Shown here piece after piece: positions 54,537 through 64,000 of a stretch of 64,000 bases of DNA. Numbering within the stretch: position 1 is the stretch's first letter; the number at the start of each line of letters is the position of its first letter. The stretch is from assembly GCF_006345805.1 (NCBI RefSeq), contig NC_043013.1, forward strand, positions 11,594,001 through 11,658,000, in the 5' to 3' direction. Both the position numbers and the translations under genes were made by a program. The notes beneath the pieces were generated by a model. That model saw nothing but the letters and a program-made list of their open reading frames with translations. It had not been told where the DNA came from and searched no databases. The stretch is from Octopus sinensis (Eukaryota).

Positions 54537-54567
<31 letters not shown>

Positions 54568-54670
54568 GAAAATACAAACTAGGACAACGTTCTTGTCCCA
54601 GTTTTTATTTTTCTACATATAATATATATAGCGACGCCCGTACCCTCTTTGGCCTTGTATGTAAGTGTAT

Positions 54671-54782
<112 letters not shown>

Positions 54783-55140
54783 CATATATATATACATATA
54801 TATATATTCATATACATAATAATATACATATATATACATATGTGTGGTGTTGTGTGTATGTCTTATATATATATTATATATACGTACATACGCGTATATT
54901 TCCATACGTATATTTATAGATCATAAACAAGAATATTATAGACAGTAACTTCTAAGTTTATATGCAGAAACATCGAAGTCAGTGTCAATGATATTCTTAT
55001 TAATATTAATAATATCATATAAATTTCAAATTGTTTTTATCACAGCTGAACATAAAAAACAAACATTATTTTATGAAAGGGTGTGTATATATACACATAT
55101 ATAAAATAAAGTTTGTTTTTTTGTTGAATTGATATAAAAC

Positions 55141-55201
<61 letters not shown>

Positions 55202-55257
55202 CAGATATATATGTACGTATATATATATGTATATATATGAACACATACATACATACA

Positions 55258-55289
<32 letters not shown>

Positions 55290-55301
55290 CACATATATAT
55301 A

Positions 55302-55445
55302 TTTTTTCCCTCTCAATCTTTTGGGGCGAAGAGCGTAGGCTCGAAGCGTAAATGACTTTTCTATTCATCGCGATCGTTAAACTAATACACCTTTTCGTTG
55401 TTCATACACCTGTCGTGGTCTTTTCTTTTCTGTAAATTTGAACCA
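55302..55445 (+). mobile_element. PLE pLTR-derived repeat related to family H3, eroded core
   Basis: ggggcga-a-GAGC-gtag-GCTC-gaag-cgt-a retains stem II and the extra A; flanked by TA-rich microsatellites. Confidence 0.55.
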
Positions 55446-55552
55446 TATATATATATACCAATATACTTTATCCATCAATATATGCATATATATATGCATA
55501 TGCACACATTTACATCTGTCTGTGTGTGTGTTCGAACGTATATTTATGTATA

Positions 55553-55778
55553 CTCTTTACTCTTTTACTCTTTTACTTGTTTCAGTTATTTGACTGCGGC
55601 CATGCTGGAGCACCGCCTTTAGTCGAGCAAATCGACCCCAGGACTTATTCTTTGTAAGCCCAGTACTTATTATATCGGTCTCTTTCACCGAACCGCTAAG
55701 TGACGGGGGCGTAAACACACCAGCATCGGTTGTCAAGCAATGCTAGGGGGACAAACACAGACACACACAAACACACAT
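55553..55778 (-). mobile_element. SINE family B 3' half, cut by the gap
   Basis: Near-identical to 9412-9630. Confidence 0.85.
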
Positions 55779-55878
55779 NNNNNNNNNNNNNNNNNNNNNN
55801 NNNNNNNNNNNNNNNNNNNNNNNNNNNNNNNNNNNNNNNNNNNNNNNNNNNNNNNNNNNNNNNNNNNNNNNNNNNNNN
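55779..55878. other. Assembly gap (exactly 100 N)
   Basis: Direct reading; a fixed 100-N run usually marks a scaffolding join of unknown size. Confidence 0.99.
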
Positions 55879-56125
55879 TCTCTAGAAAAAAACGACGACG
55901 CCGTGGTGATCGAAGGAAAGGGGCTTTCTCCGTCCGGATTCCGGATCCGTGGAATAAGCTGCCGGACGAGATGGTGAAGATGCCGACGACCGCTCGGTTC
56001 AAAGTCTCCTTTGACCACAAGTGGCCTGAACTCTTTACCTGAACACCACCATGTACATAACTCCATGTCCCCCTACATGGCCTTGCTTTTTGCTTTTTGA
56101 GCCAAAAAATTACTAACTAACTAAC
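55879..56125 (+). mobile_element. CR1-clade LINE 3' end
   Basis: RRKGAFSVRIPDPWNKLPDEMVKMPTTARFKVSFDHKW* (the CR1 FFSxRVVxxWNxLP...FKxxLD pattern), a short 3' UTR and a (CTAA)n tail. Confidence 0.85.
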
Positions 56126-56759
56126 TTTTGTGTAAGTAACTGTAATGAGAGTTCATTTGCCCCTGGTATGGCATCAGTGACTGGAACAACTTATGTCTGA
56201 GAGCAAGCAGTTTCAATAATGAAGTATGTGAAGTCAGTACATCTAATGAGGTTGATTGATGAACATTTGGAAGCAATTCTCTTGGTTGGACGCAGCAATT
56301 CCAAAGCAAATATTGATGATATCTTAAAACTTAAACAGCAGTTTCACAAATCTCACCAACCTTTTTAGCTGTTTAGCTTGTAAGATTCGGATATGTGTGT
56401 ACTGGGTGTGATATAATTATCTTATTGCTAGCGTCGCCTCTGATAACATTTTGGTAAATAAATATGCTGATTGTCTTTATTTTTTTTATTGTATTGAACA
56501 AAGGCTATGCGACCCGCGCTCCTCATTCTCTCAGTTATCTGGCCCGCCGTGAAAAGAGCTTGCTCTAAAATAATACATAAACTTCTCATTGGGTTTTATC
56601 TTAGCAACATCTCAGTTTCTTGAGAACACATTCTTCGTGGTAAGACGATCTGGCGTCTTCTTCTAGCATACTAGGAATCCACTTTGGTGGTTATTCCTCA
56701 TATATATGTACTATATATATATATATATTATATATATATATATATTATTATATATATAA

Positions 56760-57432
56760 TATATTTGTAAAAATGAAGTTCGAAAATGCTGCTATATTAG
56801 ACAAATTTTTAATTTTTATATATACATTATTTATTTAACATGTTTCGGTTCTTGAAATGATGAACCTTATCAAAAAAAAATGATATATAAAAAGATAGTT
56901 CATGCTATCAAATATACAAAATTCATATATAATATACAATAGAATCAGACATCAAAAGTTCAATTATAGTGAAGTGAGTCATGCTATATGTTTAAAGAGT
57001 ATGATGTAGTAGTTCATAGTGGTGATATGCATTCAATATAAAAAATTGTTCATAGTGGTGATATGCATTCAATATAAAAAATTGATGTTCTTGAAAAAGC
57101 GAGGAATTCATTTTAGATTTTACCTTGAGCAACTGTGTTGACTTTTGGTCGGTGTCCGCTCGGACAGTTCTGGCGAACCTTGTGAATTGTTTGGGTTTAT
57201 ATCACTTGTTAGGTGGCCAGTCCAGCGGAACGAGACGTCATCAACGTTTGACCAATCGTTTCGTTAGGTGCTAGTCAAGCAGAACGGGACGTCATCAATA
57301 TTCTGACCAATCAAATCGGGTCCGACCTATAGCTGTATAGATCTGCCTCTTGTCTGTATCCTGTTAGGTGGCCAGTCCAGCGTACGGGACGTCATCACTG
57401 TGTTTGACCAATCATCCCGTTAGGTGCCAATA
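56760..57432 (-). mobile_element. PLE 3' end/pLTR relic (family H2) between (TA)n tracts
   Basis: Minus-strand hammerhead at 56831-56878, a 36-bp tandem duplication (57012-57083) and ~55-bp repeats (57208-57432). Both ends abut (TA)n. Confidence 0.6.
56831..56878 (-). ncRNA. Minimal type I hammerhead ribozyme motif, U3:A8 variant
   Basis: ttttt-TTGATAA-GGTTC-atcatttcaa-GAACC-GAAA-CATG-T-T-aaata; palindromic stem III (ACATGT). Confidence 0.6.
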
Positions 57433-57474
57433 CCTATATATATATATATATATATAATAGGTATTGAAAGGGCT

Positions 57475-57775
57475 CAATATAGCCTCGTGCCGCACGTCGC
57501 GAAGAGAGGATTTGGCAGACGGAAACTGAAAGAAGCCCATCGTACATATACATATATACATATGTAATTGTTGTGTATGTGTCTTTGTGTCACTGTTTGT
57601 CCCCCATCGTCGCTTCAGAACTGGTGCCGGTGTATCGGCAAAAGTGGCCGATACAATAAGCACCTGGCTATAAAAAAAAAGCCGTGGAGTAGATTCATTG
57701 AATAAAACCTCTACAAGGAGGTGCTCCAGGATGGCCGCAGTCTAATGATTGAAAGACGTAAAAGATAGAAAACAA
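57475..57775 (+). mobile_element. SINE family B, degenerate
   Basis: gatttggcagacggaaactgaaagaagcccatcgta...tgtttgtccccc...caataagcacctgg...atggccgcagtctaatg. Confidence 0.7.
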
Positions 57776-57834
57776 AAGATATATGTAGGTATCTGTATTC
57801 TTTTTTAAATTCTTTTATTCTTTTATTTTTTTCT

Positions 57835-58008
57835 GTCATTACACTGCGGCCATGCTGGGGCACCACCTTGAAGAATCTTTAGTAATTAAGTTTTGTTAAG
57901 CCTGGTACTTATTCTATCGGTCTCTTTGCCAAAATATTACGTTACGGGGACGTGAACACACCAACACCGGTTGTCAAGTGGTGGTGGTGGATGAACACTT
58001 ACACAAAG

Positions 58009-58090
<82 letters not shown>

Positions 58091-58255
58091 CCAAACATAT
58101 ATACATACATAAATACATACATACGGCGGCCTTATCTCAGTTTCCGTCTACCAAATCTACTCACAACGCTTGAGTTGTCTCGAAGCTATAGTAGAAGACA
58201 CCTGCCCAAGATACACGTTGTGGGACTGAACCTGGAACCATGTGGTCGGAAAGCC
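57835..58255 (-). mobile_element. SINE family B with internal (CA)n(TA)n tract
   Basis: ctgcggccatgctgggg...caccaacaccggttgtcaag...tcagtttccgtctaccaaatc...tgggactgaacctggaaccatgtgg. Confidence 0.8.
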
Positions 58256-58797
58256 TGTATAATTAAAATCTAAATTTTATCAAAAGTATTAGTGCTTATA
58301 CTAAATAATGAAATGAATATTAATTTTCAAACGAAAAATATGTATTGTTTCAAAATATAAATGAAGAAAGCAACTACATATAAATACATACATATTTAAT
58401 TATGAATATACATATATACGGTTATCAATTTATGTTGCAATATTCCTGATGGGAAATCGTGTGTTGAAACCGATATTTTTGTATTTCGGGATGGCCTTGT
58501 TGTTTTTTTTTTGTTTTTTTTTAAAGAAGCTTGTCGTATGGAGTAAGTGGAACAGGAACACACACGAAAGCAAAAAGTGTCGCTCAAGAGGTCACAGATG
58601 TGTGTCGAAGATTAGAGTAATAAAATAAGTACAGTTATAAACGTGTAAAGAAAAAATATACGTAGTGCGTGTCTATCTAGCAAGAAAAAAATGATCATAC
58701 CGAAATACTATATGTGTATGTGTGTATAGATAGATAGATAGATAGATACACGCACTTATATATATATATGCATATATATCTATTATACACACACATT

Positions 58798-58828
<31 letters not shown>

Positions 58829-59879
58829 TATATATATATATATATAATATATATGTATATATATATATATATATATCAGCGAAATTATGATACACACAAG
58901 TTTATATTAGTTTGTTCCTACGTACATTTCACCATTGTGGGTTTACTGGTCAATAAAATTTACCTCTGATTATCCGTTGCGGTTAAGCAGCCAATTACAC
59001 TTCAAACATTCAATGATGTGTTTCCAAATAACTACAACGACGATCTGTACACTGGTAACACGTGATATAGACTTGTGATTTAAATACAACATACCAAGAG
59101 CAACAAATATACTGTCAGACCTCCTGCCTACCCAACGAAAAGATATACGCCTGCAGGCGTATATGAAAAAATTCTAATCGATTATATAACTCCAAATTTA
59201 ATCAATAAAAAGTTATACAAAGCACCTTTCGATAAGTGGGGAACTTATACTCCAAGGAAACCGGGAAACGGCCCTTATGAGCCAGGCGTGGCTCAAGAAG
59301 GAACAAACAAACAATGATCGTAGAACAATTTCTTGGTATTACTTGCGATCAACATATCCGCTGCTGGACGAGTTTTCGTCTTTTTCTTTCTGTCTCTCTC
59401 TGTCTCTCACTGTCTCTGATACATATTATGTTTACAGGCATAGAGTTTCTGTATGAGCTTTTGTTAGAGGCGAAAGCCACCGTAAATTGCTTGTCAAAAG
59501 TGTATATACACAGAAAATGATACACTAAGTACAATATTTAGAAGGCTATTTTTGATTTAACACAGCGTGCGCGGTATTTCATATTCGAAGCGGCGGTAAC
59601 CTGCAATAACAGTGAATGTATTATTTACTATTTCTTATAACGGTGAAGACAAATCTCATCTACGTATGTAACTGGCTGCGGATACACGTCATTGAAAAAG
59701 AACTAAAAGTCCGAAATGCATCAGGCATGCACGGTAACCGGTGACAGGACGATTTGTCTTTTCCCTCGATATATATTGCGTTTGTAAAGAAAGCATCTCC
59801 ATAACCGTATTTTTATCTTCGACGAAAGCAGTGCCTTGCTTGTCAATGGCATTTTTATAGATTAAGTATGATACAGAGA

Positions 59880-60022
59880 TATCTAGGCTTGGCTGTATGG
59901 TAAGAAGGTCTCGAGTGCATTCCCACTGCGTGATACTTTTTGAGCAAGTGACCTGCTATAGCGCCTCGAGCCGTCCAAAAGCTTGTGAGTGGATTTGGTA
60001 GACGGAAACTGAAAGAAGCCCG

Positions 60023-60089
<67 letters not shown>

Positions 60090-60215
60090 CGTGTGTGTGT
60101 GTGTGTGTATCTGTATCTTGTCTGTGTCGGTATGTGTGCGCGTGTATGTTTGTGTGTCTGTGTTTGTCTTCCCACCATCGTTTGATGACAGATGTTAGTG
60201 TATTTAAGTTCCCTA
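59880..60215 (+). mobile_element. SINE family B, 3'-truncated
   Basis: ggcttggctgtatggtaagaag...cccactgcgtg...gcttgtgagtggatttggtagacggaaactgaaagaagcccgtc, a microsatellite, then tgtttgtcttccc. Confidence 0.75.
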
Positions 60216-60419
60216 ACTTAACGGTTTGATGGATCAATATGTAAAGTGTATTAAATACAATATATATATATATATGTATGTATATGTTTGTATTTATACA
60301 CACAAAGAAGTCCGACTTGGACAGAATACATATGATATAGAAAATTAAATGGGTTGAAGAAAAGTATTTCAAACCCAACAGCTGTTTCTGGAGTTTCCAA
60401 CCTAATGTTTTTGGACTGA

Positions 60420-60715
60420 TTCCATCGTAGAGGAGACGCTGGTCTCATCCTAAGATGCAATCCATCTACAAATAGAAATATTAATATTTCCGAATCTCCC
60501 CAAAGTAGACGGACCGGCTGCGTGTTGTGTTCTTGAGCCAAGCTATATCGGCGTTTGCCTTTCTCTTGGATAACATCAGTGATGTGGAGAGGGGAGGCTG
60601 GTATGCATGGACGCCTGCTGACCTTCCATAAACAACCTTGCCCGGACTTGTGACCGGGAGGGTAACTTTCTATGTGCAATTCCTTGGTTATTCATGACCG
60701 AAGAGGGTCTCCTCA
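60420..60715 (+). mobile_element. Unclassified dispersed retroposon/SINE-like 3' portion
   Basis: GC-richer block (gatgtggagaggggaggctggtatgcatgg...ccttccataaacaaccttgcccggacttgtg...gggtaactttct) ending at a CA tract; recalled as an octopus repeat but not verified. Confidence 0.35.
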
Positions 60716-61830
60716 TATACACACACGCGTACGTAACAAAATGAGAAAACAAAGAAATAAACATTTGTCCTATGATTTTCATCAGCTTGCAGCTGCTTCT
60801 ACAGTGGACTTATAGTTTGTTGACTCAATAATAACACATAGCTTCATCGGACCCTCAAATATGGATGCAATTTATTTTTAATGAATATATATAAGAAACA
60901 AATTATGAAGTCAGGCTGTAGAAATCGTCACAAACATACATATGATTCTTTATAGATCATTAATTTTACGATTTTCAAAATTTAATTCTTCCCTCGTGTT
61001 TATCCATTTTGTTTTCTTTCCTGAAGCAGATATTATAAACATATATCTATACCTGAAGATTAATCTTTAAAAAGGAAATACATTAAACTCCACCTCCAAG
61101 CATACTGAGTACTTTAATATATGATTGCCATATTTCTATAAAGAACCATACAGTAATATAATAGGAAATACATTTACGTATAGCTTTTCATTCCTTTTCC
61201 TGTAGTGATATATATATTATTATATATTATATATATATATATATATTATATATATATATATATATATACATACATTTTTTTTTTGGTATTTTCATTGAGA
61301 CGTGGATAGAGTAGTCTAATTAGGATAAAATCGAGGAATAAAGCGGAAAGAATTTTATACGAATGTTTATTTAAGGATTAAAATATGTTTTTCCACCACC
61401 CACACACGTGTTTCCGGATTATTTCCTCAGCAGTGTGGTTTCGTAGCTATTTTTTAATATGTCTATTACAAGTATTGTAAGTGCATATATATGTGCATGC
61501 GTGTGTGTGCACGTGCGTATATATATATGTATATATATAACTATGTATATATATATACACATTTGAAGTACATACGTATATTTATGTATATCTCTATGCA
61601 TATATAAACTAGCATAAAATTACAGTAATTTTTTGCTAGTTTATTTTGTCTTTTTGTCTTCTCTCCTGGTGCTGTATGAACATTTAATGTGGTTTTAGAG
61701 TCAAATTTTGGCTGCTATTTCCAGCGTGGTGGTATCTCTTAGATACCCTAAAGTGGAATTATATATATATATATATATATATATATGAATAAATAAATGG
61801 AGTTTAACGCAGGTGTAATCAAATATTTTT

Positions 61831-61916
61831 ACTTTCGACACTTGTTTCGAAAATTCCACTGATACTATTCAAAAGAATATATGGTATAAACAATGCAATC
61901 TTCTCCTCAGGAAAGT
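61831..61916 (-). ncRNA. Type I hammerhead ribozyme in the 3' pLTR
   Basis: Reverse-complement copy of 63397-63482. Its one stem II change (gaagatt vs gaaaatt) can form a G-U pair. Confidence 0.8.
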
Positions 61917-62187
61917 GAAAAAAGCGAAACTCGTCAATAAGACATTTTAGCAAAAATGATGGATTTGTATAGCGATAGACAGAACGCTATTAATATTGTT
62001 TAAAAAAACCTTATATGATATAACGTCATAAGTAGCTAACAGAAAGAGTAGGGATACCAATAGTGAATGTTAAATATAAAGGAAATTAAAGTTTAAATTA
62101 TATATAATGATAGAGACTACTTATATGCACTAAATGTATGTTTTTGCCAATGCTTACATCTGTATGCTCGCTCTATAACCGTGTTTA

Positions 62188-62826
62188 CTAGAGTATTATA
62201 GAAAAAATAATGAAAAATAGCTCAGAATTGCAGAGAAGACAGAATTCCTTGCCTTTGTCATATGGTATCGAAATTGAGAGAATCAACCATTCTAAATGAA
62301 ATTGTTCATTGTGGTCTTTTAAATCCCAAATCAGTTTGCTGAGACCGGTACTATTACGTTTATTTCTATCCCTAAATGTTGAGTAATGGATAGAAATTCT
62401 TTTAGATAACTCTAACGATGTGCTTCCAATGTAAAATCGTACTTTATTACGAATACTGATTATACACTGGTATATAGAATTTTTAATCTTAGAGTTACTT
62501 GACATAAACTTAATTCTATTGTAATTGACTTCAGATACAATAACCTTGTTAATATTTCTAGAGTGTTGGATGGTATTAGCTAAATTAATGTTAGTATTAG
62601 TAAATATATTAATATTTAACAGTTTGTTATTATGTGAAGAGATAATTTGCAAGAGATTTTTTGTGTTTGAAAAACCTATCCTAAACTTATGTGAATTGAT
62701 AATAGAGTAATATCTAGAATTGTTTGGAAAATTCCTAGCAATAGCTTGACGAAACAGCAGTGGGAGATTAGATTTAATTTGTCTCCCGTAAGGAATTATT
62801 AACCAAATATTTTTACTATTATTCAT
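62188..62826 (-). CDS. PLE ORF C-terminal part, GIY-YIG endonuclease (RT domain absent)
   Basis: IWLIIPY...FPNNSRYYSIINSHKFRIGFS..NLLQIISSHNNKLL...SIYQC...FYIGST..RISIH..NSTGLSKLIWDLK..LEW.ILS..PYDKGKEFCLLCNSEL, the Neptune/Poseidon-type PLE endonuclease pattern. The same frame continues upstream past one stop to ~63020. Confidence 0.88.
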   Translation of the reverse strand: MNNSKNIWLIIPYGRQIKSNLPLLFRQAIARNFPNNSRYYSIINSHKFRIGFSNTKNLLQIISSHNNKLLNINIFTNTNINLANTIQHSRNINKVIVSEVNYNRIKFMSSNSKIKNSIYQCIISIRNKVRFYIGSTSLELSKRISIHYSTFRDRNKRNSTGLSKLIWDLKDHNEQFHLEWLILSISIPYDKGKEFCLLCNSELFFIIFSIIL

Positions 62827-63396
62827 AGCGTAATTACATTTGAAGGTGCTATATTTACTTTTAGATCAATAATAGGGGATTAAATAAGGGTTATCTGCCT
62901 TCATTCGCTTTGTATCGGTGCGTAAGTTATGTTTGTTATCAATAATACTTTTACGACTAGAAATCTTATCTACATTATTGAATTTACAATTAGACTGAGC
63001 AGAATCAATGTAGAAAATCTAAAATGGTTGATTCTCTCAATTTCGATACCATATGACAAAGGCAAGGAATTCTGTCTTCTCTGCAATTCTGAGCTATTTT
63101 TCATTATTTTTCTATAATACTCTAGTAAACACGGTTATAGAGCGAGCATACAGATGTAAGCATTGGCAAAAACATACATTTAGTGCATATAAGTAGTCTC
63201 TATCATTATATATAATTTAAACTTTAATTTCCTTTATATTTAACATTCACTATTGGTATCCCTACTCTTTCTGTTAGCTACTTATGACGTTATATCATAT
63301 AAGGTTTTTTTAAACAATATTAATAGCGTTCTGTCTATCGCTATACAAATCCATCATTTTTGCTAAAATGTCTTATTGACGAGTTTCGCTTTTTTC

Positions 63397-63482
63397 ACTT
63401 TCCTGAGGAGAAAATTGCATTGTTTATACCATTTATTCTTTTGAATAGTATCAGTGGAATTTTCGAAACAAGTGTCGAAAGT
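63397..63482 (+). ncRNA. Type I hammerhead ribozyme in the inverted pLTR
   Basis: ACTTTC-CTGAGGA-gaaaattgcattg-(29-nt loop)-cagtggaattttc-GAAA-C-aagt-G-TC-GAAAGT. Stem I is 6 bp, stem II is 13 bp with one mismatch and one G-U, and the GUC cleavage triplet ends at 63476. Confidence 0.85.
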
Positions 63483-63681
63483 AAAGATATTTGATTACAC
63501 CTGCGTTAAACTCCATTTATTTATTCATATATTATTCAAAATATTCAACGTAAACACGAAGTTACCACCTTTATAACCAAGGAGTTACAACATCTTTACT
63601 TGTGAGATTTTTGCTACCCTGGTAACTATTTACTTATTTTTCCGTGTTAATTATTAACAAGGTAAAAATACACTAATCCCA

Positions 63682-63721
<40 letters not shown>

Positions 63722-64000
63722 GTATATGTATATGTATTATACATATAAATCCATAAAGGCACACACTCGCGCACTATTACGTATCGCTTTGCTATGTGTT
63801 TATAACTCAACTTACCCTCTCGTATATAAAAAAGCGTATTCCTGTCATAGCTTTTAGTGTAAGAGAAAAAGATATCATTTAGAAACTCCTAGTACATTTT
63901 TTAAACATCCATAAAATACACGGGTAATATTTTCATAATTATTTAGTTAAGGAGACAGTGCAATGCCCATGACCCTTACACCACATTGATGACCGACTGA

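Larger units (their letters stand above)
52930..54538 (+). mobile_element. Full-length mariner (DD34D) transposon, inactivated
   Basis: ~28-bp imperfect TIRs (TTGGGTTGGCAAGAA.../...TTCTTGCCAACCCTA) flanked by TA dinucleotides. Confidence 0.93.
61781..63532 (-). mobile_element. 5'-truncated Penelope-like element with inverted pseudo-LTRs
   Basis: Arms 61781-62291 and 63023-63532 are reverse complements with only a few mismatches. They enclose and overlap a GIY-YIG ORF, and the left end sits in a (TA)n tract. Confidence 0.9.

Noticed and set aside
59560-59860. Possible Helitron helicase remnant (AIDKQGTAF resembling TINKSQGQT)
   Set aside because: The similarity does not extend to the following conserved VGIYL/HGQLYVA motifs.

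Overview
AT-rich eukaryotic DNA dominated by repeats. The SINE families and the density of (TA)n, (CA)n, (TATC)n and (AAT)n tracts point to an octopus genome; this is an inference, not a database result. I found no credible host protein-coding exon, rRNA, true tRNA or CRISPR array, so the window looks intergenic or intronic. It is a mosaic of microsatellites, three tRNA-derived SINE families (about 25 copies), decayed LINEs (R4/Dong-type RLE, L1/Tx1, RTE, CR1), mariner transposons, a Helentron/HINE-like element and several Penelope-like element (PLE) relics. There is a 100-N scaffold gap at 55779-55878 and a 1.16-kb tandem duplication that is probably an assembly artefact. The strongest signal is RNA-level: at least four different PLE pseudo-LTR families each carry a hammerhead ribozyme motif. 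(i) An intact type I hammerhead occurs twice, in the ~510-bp inverted arms of a young GIY-YIG-encoding PLE (61781-63532). (ii) A U3:A8 covariant hammerhead lies at 56831-56878. (iii) A ~200-bp dispersed family has an extra-A core. (iv) A fold-back element has a variant core in its loop. Hammerheads in PLE pLTRs are known in general; the specific variants and their coexistence here are what merit testing. All translations and alignments were done by eye, so the boundaries of degenerate elements are approximate.
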